DNA of 64,000 nucleotides, from NCBI GenBank assembly GCA_937927875.1, contig CALEYV010000107.1, forward strand, positions 178 to 64,177. The letters run 5' to 3'. The notes under the pieces were generated by a model that searched no databases, was not told the origin of the DNA, and saw only the letters and a list, made by a program, of their open reading frames with translations. The position numbers were made by a program, and so were the translations under genes. This DNA is from an uncultured Actinomycetes bacterium. GTDB taxonomy: Bacteria > Actinomycetota > Acidimicrobiia > IMCC26256 > PALSA-555. Shown here one piece after another: positions 46,953 to 55,732 of the stretch (the first letter of the stretch is position 1; every line of letters begins with the position of its first letter).

Positions 46953-48113
46953 GTGACGACCTTGACCGCTGACTCCCGCCGCCGGCCAGTCCTGCTGTCG
47001 CTGGTCGCCGCCGCGGTCGCCGCCGTCCTGCTGGTGCCGGGGGGCGCCGGCGCCCAGACCGCCCCGCCCGCGCCGCCCGGCCCGCCGCCCGCGGTCACCG
47101 ACCAGCTGCTCCAGGCCGCCATCGAGCTGTCGCAGACGACGACCCGCCTGGACCAGGTCGCGGCCCAGGTCGCCGAGGTGCAGGTCCGGCTCCACACCCT
47201 CGAGGCGGCGCTGGCGGAGGTCACGGCCCGCGCCAACGCGACCCAAGCCCAGATTGACCAGCTGAAGGCGGAGCTCGGCGGACGCGCCGCCACCGTGTAC
47301 GAGCAGCACGGCAACCAGGGCGCGGTCCTGCGGGTGCAGCACGCGGTCGACATCAGCCGCGGCGAGGAGTACACGGACGCGGCCGCCACCGAGACGAACA
47401 ACCAGCTCGACCAGCTGTCGGCGGCCGAGGCCGAGCTCCAGCAGGAGCGCGCCCAGCGCGACGCCGAGCGCCAGTCCATCGCCGACGACCAGCTGCGGCT
47501 GCAGTCCGAGCTGGCCAGCCTGCAGGCGGTGCGCGCACGCGACGTAGAGATCCTCGGGCAGCTGGGCGGCGTGCCGATCATGGGCGACGCGCGCCTCAGC
47601 GCCGACCAGCTGGCGGCGTGGTTCCACTCGACCGGGCAGGAGGCGCACCTGGCCGGCGGGATGAGTATCGAGGACCTCACCAAGCTCTACATCCAGGAGG
47701 GCTCCGACGAGCACGTCGCCGGCGACCTCGCGTTCGCGCAGGCCATCCTTGAGACCGGCTCGTTCGGCCACGCCCTCGACAGCAACTTCGCCGGGATCGG
47801 CGCCTGCGACAGCTGCACCAGCGAGATCGCGTTCCCGAGCCCGCGCGACGGGGTGCGGGCCCAGATCCAGCTCCTCCGCAGCTACGCCGACCCGGCGAGC
47901 CGGGCCGCGAATCTGAAGCACTCGCCCGAGCCGGCGCTGTTCGGCAGCCCGCCCGACGCGGCCGCGGCGTCGTACGACCACTTCGCGTACAAGGGCGCGG
48001 CGCCGCTCTGGAACGTCATGGGCAACGGCAAGTGGGCGACAGATCCCGACTACTCGACGAAGATCCTCGAGCTCTACGCGCGGATGGTCGGCTTTGCCAG
48101 CCAGCACGGCTGA
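46953..48113 (+). CDS. Secreted peptidoglycan hydrolase: signal peptide, coiled coil, glucosaminidase-type domain
   Basis: 386 aa. Signal peptide LLSLVAAAVAAVLLVPGGAGAQ, about 170 aa of heptad repeats, then AFAQAILETGSFGH...FAGIGA. Confidence 0.8.
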   Translation: MTTLTADSRRRPVLLSLVAAAVAAVLLVPGGAGAQTAPPAPPGPPPAVTDQLLQAAIELSQTTTRLDQVAAQVAEVQVRLHTLEAALAEVTARANATQAQIDQLKAELGGRAATVYEQHGNQGAVLRVQHAVDISRGEEYTDAAATETNNQLDQLSAAEAELQQERAQRDAERQSIADDQLRLQSELASLQAVRARDVEILGQLGGVPIMGDARLSADQLAAWFHSTGQEAHLAGGMSIEDLTKLYIQEGSDEHVAGDLAFAQAILETGSFGHALDSNFAGIGACDSCTSEIAFPSPRDGVRAQIQLLRSYADPASRAANLKHSPEPALFGSPPDAAAASYDHFAYKGAAPLWNVMGNGKWATDPDYSTKILELYARMVGFASQHG

Positions 48114-48200
48114 CCGAGCCGCCGCGCCGACACGGGGTCGCGGCGCGAGCTCCGCGCGCTCGGCCACCCGATGGCTGACGGCCCGGCCGGCCGCCCAAGT

Positions 48201-48217
48201 TGAGTAGCGGCTACTCA
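48201..48217. repeat. Perfect 17-bp palindrome TGAGTAGC-G-GCTACTCA
   Basis: 8+1+8 inverted repeat, noticeably AT-richer than its surroundings, in the 254-bp convergent gap between 48113 and 48368. Confidence 0.5.
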
Positions 48218-48297
48218 GGGTCGGGCCGACCTCCTACCCGAGAATGAGGCCAGCCCAGGCCCGCATCCACTCCGCCGGCGCCTGGTCGCGAGGACGG

Positions 48298-48337
48298 GGC
48301 GCTCGAGGCCCCGGGGAGCCGTCCCCGGGGCGTCGAG
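48298..48337. terminator. Strong GC hairpin between convergent genes (candidate bidirectional terminator)
   Basis: CGCTCGAGGCCCCGGGG-agccgt-CCCCGGGGCGTCGAGCG: 17-bp arms with one mismatch and a 6-nt loop. It lies 31 nt downstream of the DinB stop. No U tract. Confidence 0.4.
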
Positions 48338-48367
48338 CGGGGCGACGCCGCGGAGCAGCTCGGGCGG

Positions 48368-48859
48368 TCAGTCGCCGGTCTGTCCGTCGATGCGCTCCCG
48401 CATGAGGTCGAGGTGACCGGCGTGGCGGGCCGTCTCCTCGAGCAGGTGCACGAGCACCCACCGCAACGACACCGAGCCGAAGAGCTCGTGCTCGCGGGCG
48501 CTGACCTCGTCGAGGGACGCCCGGTTCGTGATCGCCCGTCCGCAGTCCACCTGGTGGCGGTAGTCGGCAAGGACCGAGTCGACCGTGTCCGCGGGGTCGA
48601 GCTGGAACATCGCCGCGTTGTCCCCGGTCGGGACCGGGATGTCCTCGCCCGCGAAGCGCCACCGGAGCCAGAGCCGCTCGACCCCCGCCAGGTGCTTGAC
48701 GGTCCCGAGCAGGGTGAGCCCGGACGGGGTCATGGGCTCGCTCGCTTCGGGCAGCGTCAGGCCGTCGGCCTTGCGCTCGACGACGGCCCGGTACCAGTCG
48801 AGGAAGCCGGTCAGCAGCTCGCGCTCGTCGGCTTGGCGGCCGAGGCCGCCATCGGTCAC
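48368..48859 (-). CDS. DinB/DUF664 family protein
   Basis: GTG at 48859. Four-helix-bundle pattern FLDWYR...GTVKHLAGVE...LLEETARHAGHLD (His triad). Confidence 0.8.
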   Translation of the reverse strand: MTDGGLGRQADERELLTGFLDWYRAVVERKADGLTLPEASEPMTPSGLTLLGTVKHLAGVERLWLRWRFAGEDIPVPTGDNAAMFQLDPADTVDSVLADYRHQVDCGRAITNRASLDEVSAREHELFGSVSLRWVLVHLLEETARHAGHLDLMRERIDGQTGD

Positions 48860-48876
48860 CGCCGGATCGTACGGGG

Positions 48877-49764
48877 CTACTCGGGCCGCGGACGCCCGAG
48901 CCGGGCCCGCAGCGCCGGGTCGCGCACGAACACGGGCAGGTTGTCCTCGTCGAGGTAGGACGGTCGCGCCGACGATCCCCCATCGACGGTGAGCACCTGT
49001 CCCGAGACGAACGACGCCAGGTCCGAGAGCAGGAACAGCACCGCTCCGGCGACGTCGTCGGGTCGGCCCCGACGCCCGAGCGGGATCGCCACCCGCTCCC
49101 CCGGGCTGTCGTCGGCGGTGCTCCCAGCCTGGTTCTTCGGGGTCCGCACCGTCCCGGCCGCCACCGCGTTGACGCGGACACCGTGCGGTCCCCACTCCAG
49201 CGCCGCGGTGCGGGCGAGGGATGCGAGCCCCGCCTTCGCGGCGGCGTACGCGGCGCCGAACGGCAGCGCGGACAGGCCGGCGATCGAGGCGATGAACACC
49301 ACGCTGCCGCCCCCGCCCTGCTCGAGCAGCCGGCGGGCGACGCTGCGAGACGTCACGAACGCCGACGCCAGGTTCAGCTCGACGATCTCCCCGAACGTCT
49401 CGGGCGGCGTCGTGACGAGCGACCCCCACTGGTCAGGGCGCAGTCCCCCGGCGACGTGCACCAAGCCGTGCAGCGGGCCGGCGGCCGCCCGGACCACCTC
49501 GTCCACCTGCGCCGCGTCTCGTGCGTCGGCGACCACGACGTCGAACGGGCCGCCGACCTCGGTCAGGACCTGCTTGGCCAGCTCGAGGCGCTCGGGATCG
49601 ATGTCGACCGCGACGACGCGGGCGCCCGCGCTCGCGACGATCCGGCACACCGCGGTGCCGATCCCGCCCCCGCCGGCTCCCGCGACGAGCACCACCTTCC
49701 CTGCGAGACCGAGCGCGTCGTCGAGCACCGCTGACCCCTCCCGTGACGGCCCGTAGCATCCCAT
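48877..49764 (-). CDS. Short-chain dehydrogenase/reductase (SDR)
   Basis: [17 protein letters not shown], catalytic YAAAK. Start is ATG 49764 or GTG 49728. Confidence 0.88.
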   Translation of the reverse strand: MGCYGPSREGSAVLDDALGLAGKVVLVAGAGGGGIGTAVCRIVASAGARVVAVDIDPERLELAKQVLTEVGGPFDVVVADARDAAQVDEVVRAAAGPLHGLVHVAGGLRPDQWGSLVTTPPETFGEIVELNLASAFVTSRSVARRLLEQGGGGSVVFIASIAGLSALPFGAAYAAAKAGLASLARTAALEWGPHGVRVNAVAAGTVRTPKNQAGSTADDSPGERVAIPLGRRGRPDDVAGAVLFLLSDLASFVSGQVLTVDGGSSARPSYLDEDNLPVFVRDPALRARLGRPRPE

Positions 49765-50557
49765 CGGGCCGGCCGAAGGGAGCAACCGCGGCGTCGCAGA
49801 CGGGGGACGAGGCGGCGCGGTCGGGGCTGCTCCACGGCCGGGTCGCGGTCGTGACCGGCGGCGGTGACGGTTTCGGGCGAGACCTCGCGCTCGGGCTCGC
49901 CGATCACGACGCCCGGGTGGGCGTGATCGGCCCGTGGGGGCCGAGGCATCGGTGGCCGACGCCGTGCGACGCGGCGGCGGAACCGCGGTCGGCGTCACCA
50001 GCCAGCTCGGCTCGCGGGCGGAGGCAGAGCAGGCCCTCGCCGAGGCCACGGGCGCGCTCGGTCCCCTCGACGTCGTCGTCCACGCGCTGGTCGATCCCGC
50101 GGCGCTCGTGGCGGCGCCGCTCACCGAGACCGACGAGGCCTCGTGGGACGCCCGCTGCGAGGCGGCGCTCCGGACCGCGCTCGCCTGCGCGCAGGCGTCC
50201 TTCGTCCAGCTGCGCGACCGCGGCGGCCGCCTCGTTTTCGTGACCCCGACGGTCGGCCTCACCGGCGCGGCGGGGCTGGTGCCGTACGTCACGGCGGTCG
50301 AGGGGATCCGGGCGCTCGTGAAGTCCGCGGCCCGACAATGGGGGCGCCACGGCATCACCGCGAACTGCGTCGCGCCGCCGGTCGCGCTCGTCGCGGCGGG
50401 CGCCGAGGATCCCGGGATCGAGGCGCCCGCACTCGGTCGGCCCCCGGCCACGCGGCGCGACGTCGCTCCGGTGGTGGCGATGCTCGCCGGCGACCCGGGA
50501 CACTTCGTGACCGGGTCCACGGTGACCGTCGACGGCGGCGTGGTCATGGCACCGTGA
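49743..50557 (+). pseudogene. SDR-family gene split across two frames at a G5 run (49936-49940); also lacks the catalytic Lys
   Basis: The Rossmann N-terminus [32 protein letters not shown] is in frame 0. The remainder (AEASVADAV...[10 protein letters not shown]) is in frame 2. Adding one G restores a single ORF. The YxxxK position reads YVTAV. True start unclear (GTG 49743, or non-canonical). Confidence 0.6.
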
Positions 50558-51315
50558 GCGGCCCGCTCGACGGCCGCGGAGTCGTCGTGACCGGCGCCGG
50601 GCGCGGCGTCGGACGCGGCATCGCGCTCGCGTGCGCAGCCGCGGGCGCGGACGTCATCGTCGCGTCGCCGGGCGAGAACGGGGCCGAGACGGTGGCCGAG
50701 ATCGAGCAGCGGGGAGGCTCGGCGGCCTGGGTTCGCTGTGACGTCACCCGCGGCGACGACGTGCGCGCCGTGATGGCCGCCGCGCGGGGCCGCCGGGGCG
50801 TCCACGTCGTCGTGCACAACGCGACGAGTCGCCGGTCGAGTGAGCCGACCCGGCTCGAGGACCTCGACGGCGCGGCGTGGGAGGACCACGCCGCGGTGTC
50901 GCTGCGCGGCGCGTACCACTGCGCCCGAGCCGGTCTGCCGGCGCTGCCGCGGGACGGCGGGCGCTTCATCCTCATGACCTCGCCGGCCGGCATGGAGGGC
51001 TCGACCATGCTCCCCGCCTACGGGATCGTGAAGGGGGGCTTGCGCGGCTTCGCGAAGAGCCTCGCCCGGGAGTGGGCGCCGCTCGGGGTGACCGTGAACG
51101 TGGTGTCGCCGCTGGCCGAGACGCCCGCCATGATCGCCGCCGCCGAGCAGGACCCCGGCCTCCGGCCCCGCCTCGCCCGCCGCATCCCGCTCGGGCGCAT
51201 GGGCGACCCGGAGCACGACATCGCCCCCGCCGTCGTGTTCCTCGCCGGTGACGGCGCCCGGTACATCACCGGCCAGACGCTCGTGGTCGACGGGGGCCGG
51301 TTCATGCTGCTCTGA
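50554..51315 (+). CDS. Short-chain dehydrogenase/reductase (SDR)
   Basis: GTGA overlap with the upstream [21 protein letters not shown], catalytic YGIVK, VVDGG. Confidence 0.88.
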   Translation: MSGPLDGRGVVVTGAGRGVGRGIALACAAAGADVIVASPGENGAETVAEIEQRGGSAAWVRCDVTRGDDVRAVMAAARGRRGVHVVVHNATSRRSSEPTRLEDLDGAAWEDHAAVSLRGAYHCARAGLPALPRDGGRFILMTSPAGMEGSTMLPAYGIVKGGLRGFAKSLAREWAPLGVTVNVVSPLAETPAMIAAAEQDPGLRPRLARRIPLGRMGDPEHDIAPAVVFLAGDGARYITGQTLVVDGGRFMLL

Positions 51316-51354
51316 CCGCCGGCGCGGAATGGTGCCCGCAGCGCGTTCTCGCTC

Positions 51355-51460
51355 GCTGATCCCGACCCGGCGCGTCGTCGAGTTGCGGTTCGACCCGACC
51401 GCGTGGTGCTCTTCGAGGTGATGGTGGGCGACCGGCATTCTTCTCCGGCTGATCCCGACC
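51355..51460 (+). repeat. Two copies of the 13-bp direct repeat GCTGATCCCGACC, starts 93 bp apart
   Basis: Exact copies at 51355-51367 and 51448-51460, in the 233-bp gap between the SDR gene and the LLM gene. Confidence 0.5.
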
Positions 51461-51467
51461 GCGACAC

Positions 51468-51492
51468 CGCGCCCCGCGCCGAGCGGGGCGCG
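51468..51492 (+). other. Perfect 10-bp GC hairpin in the leader of the LLM gene
   Basis: CGCGCCCCGC-gccga-GCGGGGCGCG, ending 57 nt upstream of the TTG start at 51549. Confidence 0.35.
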
Positions 51493-51548
51493 CCGGAGCT
51501 CCCGACCCTGGCCACGGCCCGGGCGGGCTGGCTCCAGGACGCGCAACG

Positions 51549-52520
51549 TTGAGCGCGGCGGGGCCGCTCGCGGCCGGCTCGCTGTCGGTGCGCCTGTACC
51601 CGCACGGCGACCTCGCGCCGCCCGACCTCGTCACCGAACTGCGAACCCAGGCCGCGCTCGCCGCCGAGCACGGCTTCGACGGGATCATGACGAGCGAGCA
51701 CCACGGCGGGTTCGCCGGCTACCTCCCGAACCCGCTCCAGGCCGCGGGATGGTGCCTCGAGGCCATGCCGCGCGGGTGGGCGGCGCCGTGCCCGCTCCTG
51801 CTGCCACTCCGCCCGCCCGCGCTCATCGCGGAGGAGGCGGCGTGGCTGGCGGCGCGGTTCCCGGGCCGCGTCGGCGTCGGCGTGGCGGCGGGCGCGCTGC
51901 CCGCCGACTTCGAGGTCATGGGCCTCACGATGGATCACCTCACCGATCGGTTCAGCGCCGGGCTCGAAGCCCTTGCCGCCATGCTGGGTGGGCGCGCCGA
52001 GGGAGCGCTCGCCGGCGACCCTGCGCTCGCGGCGTGTGCCGCCGCACCCGTGCCGCTGGTGAGCGCGGCCATGGGATTCAAGGCGGTGCGCCGGGCGGCA
52101 CGCCTCGGCGTCGGGATCCTGTTCGACTCTCTCTCGGCCCCCGACCGGTGTCGCGTCCTCACCGACGCGTACCGCGAGGCCGGTGGCGACGGCCCGTGCA
52201 TCCTGATTCGGCGGGCCTGGCTCGGCGAGCCACCGCGGGCACGCGTCGACGAGCAGCTCGACCGGTACCGCAGCTACACGCCGAGCAGCGCGCAGGCGCA
52301 CTGGGGCGAGGGCAGCCAGCTGGTGGACGCCGCCGACCCGGGTGCCGTCGCCGAGGAGCTCGCCGCCGTCGCGCGCGAGGTCGGCGCCGACGCCCTGAAC
52401 CTGCGCGTGCACGTGCCCGGGGTCGCGCCGAGCGCGGCCCGGGAACAGATCGCCGGCCTGGGTGACGCGGTCGTGCCCGCCCTTCGGGACGCGCTGGGAT
52501 CACAGGGCGTGGCGTCGTAG
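51549..52520 (+). CDS. Luciferase-like (LLM-class) flavin/F420-dependent oxidoreductase
   Basis: 323 aa. TTG start. [26 protein letters not shown]. Confidence 0.78.
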   Translation: MSAAGPLAAGSLSVRLYPHGDLAPPDLVTELRTQAALAAEHGFDGIMTSEHHGGFAGYLPNPLQAAGWCLEAMPRGWAAPCPLLLPLRPPALIAEEAAWLAARFPGRVGVGVAAGALPADFEVMGLTMDHLTDRFSAGLEALAAMLGGRAEGALAGDPALAACAAAPVPLVSAAMGFKAVRRAARLGVGILFDSLSAPDRCRVLTDAYREAGGDGPCILIRRAWLGEPPRARVDEQLDRYRSYTPSSAQAHWGEGSQLVDAADPGAVAEELAAVAREVGADALNLRVHVPGVAPSAAREQIAGLGDAVVPALRDALGSQGVAS

Positions 52521-52655
52521 AGCGCGAGTGCTCCCGACGCGCGAGGACCGACGCAGGTACCGCGTCGACGGTCGTGGAGCGACCCGATGCGGACTCGATG
52601 AGCAGTTCGTGCGCGAGACCGTCCGGGGCAACGCGGTCCGGATGGTGAGGCTCGA

Positions 52656-53483
52656 CTAGTCGCTCGGCTCGTCGCCGGGGTAGCTGGCGGTCGTGGCGCG
52701 CCGCCATCCGCCCGCGGCTCGGCTGCCGCCGTCGACGTGGATGGTGGTGCCGTTCACGAAGTGGGCCAGGTCGCTGGCCAGGAACACGACGACGGCGGCC
52801 GCGTCCTCGGGGGTGCCGAGCTCGCCGAGCGGCGGGACGACCGACGGCTCGTACTCGCCGGCGCCGGTCAGCATCTCGGTCCGCACACCTCGGTCGCCCT
52901 CGGTCGGGATCGCGTCGGGCGCGATCGCGTTCACGCGGATGCGCTGCGGCGCCAGCTCGAGGGCCAGCGTCTGGGTCAGCTGGGCCAGCGCCGACTTCAT
53001 CGCCGCGTACACCGCGAAGCCGGGCGCGGCCTGGTGAGCCTCGATCGAGGTGACGTTGACGATCGACCCGCCCTCGGTCATGAGCGGGACGACGAGCCGC
53101 ACCAGGCGGGTGACCTGCGTGAAGTTCTCGGCGACGAGCGTGTCCTCGCCCTTCTGGGAGAGGTCGAGGAACGGGGTGACGAACGTGCCCCCGGCGTTGT
53201 TGACGAGGATGTCGACGCGACCGTGGGCTTCACGGACCTCGCCGATGAACGCCTCGACGGCCGGCGCGTCGCGCACGTCGAGCACCCGCGCCAGCGCGGG
53301 CCGGCCTGCGTCCGCCACCGCAATCTCGGTGTCGGCCAGCGTGTCGGCGACCCGGTCGCACATCGCGACCGTGGCGCCGAAGCGGCTGAGGAGCACTGCG
53401 GTGGCCCGGCCGATCCCCGAGCCGGCGCCGGTGACGACCGCCACCCGGTCGGTCAGCAGGATCGAGGACGGGTCGTAGGGCAC
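52656..53483 (-). CDS. Short-chain dehydrogenase/reductase (SDR)
   Basis: GTG at 53483. VVTGAGSGIGRA, NNAGG, VTSIEA, catalytic YAAMK. Confidence 0.88.
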   Translation of the reverse strand: MPYDPSSILLTDRVAVVTGAGSGIGRATAVLLSRFGATVAMCDRVADTLADTEIAVADAGRPALARVLDVRDAPAVEAFIGEVREAHGRVDILVNNAGGTFVTPFLDLSQKGEDTLVAENFTQVTRLVRLVVPLMTEGGSIVNVTSIEAHQAAPGFAVYAAMKSALAQLTQTLALELAPQRIRVNAIAPDAIPTEGDRGVRTEMLTGAGEYEPSVVPPLGELGTPEDAAAVVVFLASDLAHFVNGTTIHVDGGSRAAGGWRRATTASYPGDEPSD

Positions 53484-53515
53484 GCCGGGAGGGTAGTGAC
53501 GGCGCGCGCGCCGGG

Positions 53516-54190
53516 TCAGCCGTGCCCGAGGTGCTGGAAGTGATGCCAGGTGCCGACCCAGTTGATCGACGCGATGCCCAGCACGAGGCCGACCGCGACG
53601 GTGACCACGAGCAGGCTGAGCCGCGCCCGGGCGCCCGCCGCCCGGTGCTCCACCGCACCGCGGCCCGGCCGCTCGCGCCAGTCGGCGGCCGTGAGCGTGG
53701 CCGTCTCCTGCAGGTGCCCGAGGACGTGGATCAGGATCAGCGCCCCCCAGACGAAGAAGGTGGCCTGGTGGAGCCACAGGTACTGGTGGCCGACGTTGCG
53801 GCCGAGCGCCACGAGCAGCAGGCCGGTGCCGAGGAGGAGCAGCGACGAGAGGACCACGAGCGGTCCCGTCACGCGCAGGACGACCGGCGGCGGCCCTTTC
53901 TTCGAGTACGCGCGGTCGCCGGTGTAGTAGCGGGCGAAGCGATAGCCCGTGGTGGCGGTCTTCAGCAGCACCAGGGGCACGAGCAGCAGCCCGAGGAAGA
54001 CGTGCAGCGTGATCAGCTGGCGGATCTGCAGCACGGTGACGCCCTCGACGGCGAGGATGACGAACAGCGCGGCGCCGACGCCGCCGGTCAGCCGCGAGTT
54101 CCCCTCCGCGCCGCCGCCGGGGCCGGCCGCGAGCGACGGGTCGGCGGCCCCGGTCGGGCGCTCGGCGATCACGAGGTTGGCGAGGTTCAT
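53516..54190 (-). CDS. His-rich 5-TM membrane protein (cytochrome-b-like / DUF4405-like candidate)
   Basis: ATG at 54190 with an AGGAGC RBS, 25 nt after the ferredoxin stop. Conserved-looking His in the TM helices (TLHVFLG, WLHQATF, LIHVLGHL). Confidence 0.65.
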   Translation of the reverse strand: MNLANLVIAERPTGAADPSLAAGPGGGAEGNSRLTGGVGAALFVILAVEGVTVLQIRQLITLHVFLGLLLVPLVLLKTATTGYRFARYYTGDRAYSKKGPPPVVLRVTGPLVVLSSLLLLGTGLLLVALGRNVGHQYLWLHQATFFVWGALILIHVLGHLQETATLTAADWRERPGRGAVEHRAAGARARLSLLVVTVAVGLVLGIASINWVGTWHHFQHLGHG

Positions 54191-54215
54191 GGGTGCTCCT
54201 GGTCGGTGGCGGCGG

Positions 54216-54419
54216 TCATTCGTTGGTGAGGATGAGGGCCAGCTTCGGGCAGTTCTGCACCGCCCGGCGGGCGTGGGCGAGCAGGGCGTGCGGGATGACC
54301 TCGTCGTCGATGATCGGGTAGCCCCACTCATCGAGGCTGACCCACTCGGGGAAGAGCTCGGCGCAGACCCCGTGGGCCTCGCACTCGATCATGTTCACGC
54401 GCAACCGGTGCTTCTTCAC
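54216..54419 (-). CDS. Small ferredoxin (67 aa)
   Basis: GTGA overlap with the upstream gene. Pattern CEAHGVC...C typical of single-cluster actinobacterial ferredoxins. Confidence 0.75.
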   Translation of the reverse strand: MKKHRLRVNMIECEAHGVCAELFPEWVSLDEWGYPIIDDEVIPHALLAHARRAVQNCPKLALILTNE

Positions 54420-55732
54420 CGCCAGCTCCCGTCGGAGCGCGGGATCGGCAGCGCCGGCGGCTCGCCGGCCCGGCAGCGGCCCTGGGCGGCGTGGCGACGG
54501 ACCTCGTCGTCGAAGGCCCGCAGCGCGCTGGCCGCGAATCGGATCACCCCGTCCGGGTAGTGACAGGCGCCCCGGCCGAGCACCTGGGCCGAGACCTCCT
54601 CGAGCCGGCCCAGCATGGCCGGCACGTCGCGGCCGGCGGCGATGCTCGACATGGCGTCGGCGACGGCCCGGAGTCCGTGCACGCACGGGCCGCACTGGCC
54701 GGCGGTCTCGCCGGCGAGGTACTCGGCGACGCGCGCGGTCGCCACGAGCCCGCAGCACCCGGACGGGAAGGCGTACACGACGCCGGTGCCGAGCGACGCA
54801 CCGACGGTGCGCAGCGCCGCGTTGCTGAGCGGGACCGGCCATGCGTCTTCGGCCGCCACCCAGCTCCCGTAGTAGCCGCCGAGCAGGAACGCCGAGACCT
54901 GGGCGTCGAGGTCGCCGACCGCCCGCACCGCGTCGCGCAGCGGGGTGCCGATCGCCACCTCGCAGACGCCGGCCCGGGCGACCGCGCCGCCGATGGTGAG
55001 CAGCGCCGAGCCCGGCTCGTCGGGGGTGCCGAGGGCGCGGAACCAGTCCGGCCCGTACCGGGCGATGAGCGCGACGTGGGCGAGCGTCTCGACGTTCTGC
55101 ACCAGCGTGGGCCGGCCGTCGACGCCGCGCTCGAACGGCCGGGGCGGCGTGAACGTGGGCTTGGCGACGCCGCCGTTCACGTACTGCACGAGCGCCGTCT
55201 CCTCGCCGGCGACGTAGCGGGTCGGCACGCCGATCAGGCGCATCCGGGCCGCGTCGAGGCCCGCCGCGGCCCGGGCCTCGATCGCGCGCGCGACCGAGGT
55301 GATCGCCGGGCGGGCCGAGCGGTCGACCGCCACCGCCACCTCGTCGGCACCCACCGCGTCGGCGGCGAGCGACGCGCCGTCGAGCACGAGGTGGGGCAGG
55401 GCGGCGAGCAGGAGCCGGTCCTTGCGGCTGAGCGCTTCGCCCTCGCAGCCGTTGACGAGCACCACCGACCGGCCCCGCCGCTGGGCGACGGTGCGCAGCT
55501 TGCGGGCGGTCGGGAACGACGCCCCGCCCCGGCCCCGGAGGCCGGCCGCCTCCACGGCGTGGATCAGCGACCCGCCGTGCCGGTGGCCGCCTCGCCGCGG
55601 CGGCGGCCCGTAGGTGGCGAGGTGGTCGTCGAGGCTCACCGCGCCGTCGGGCCGGTAGCCGGCCAGGAGACGGGGGAGGCCCTCGGGGGCGGCGGGCCGG
55701 GGCGGTGCCACCCGGCTGGCGGTCGGCGTCAT
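54416..55732 (-). CDS. NuoF-like flavo-iron-sulfur protein (Complex I 51-kDa family, SLBB plus 4Fe-4S region), stand-alone
   Basis: ATG at 55732 in an ATGA overlap. GLRGRGGASFPTARKL, VLVNGCEGEALSRKD, RYVAGEETALV, ETAGQCGPCVHG, GACHYPDG. Confidence 0.85.
   Translation of the reverse strand: MTPTASRVAPPRPAAPEGLPRLLAGYRPDGAVSLDDHLATYGPPPRRGGHRHGGSLIHAVEAAGLRGRGGASFPTARKLRTVAQRRGRSVVLVNGCEGEALSRKDRLLLAALPHLVLDGASLAADAVGADEVAVAVDRSARPAITSVARAIEARAAAGLDAARMRLIGVPTRYVAGEETALVQYVNGGVAKPTFTPPRPFERGVDGRPTLVQNVETLAHVALIARYGPDWFRALGTPDEPGSALLTIGGAVARAGVCEVAIGTPLRDAVRAVGDLDAQVSAFLLGGYYGSWVAAEDAWPVPLSNAALRTVGASLGTGVVYAFPSGCCGLVATARVAEYLAGETAGQCGPCVHGLRAVADAMSSIAAGRDVPAMLGRLEEVSAQVLGRGACHYPDGVIRFAASALRAFDDEVRRHAAQGRCRAGEPPALPIPRSDGSWR

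Noticed and set aside
48877-51546. 889-aa minus-strand ORF that would fuse the SDR at 48877..49764 to a huge N-terminal extension
   Set aside because: Only the C-terminal ~295 aa are protein-like. The extension is Arg/Pro/Ala-rich and antisense to two plus-strand SDR genes that have clear Rossmann and YxxxK motifs.
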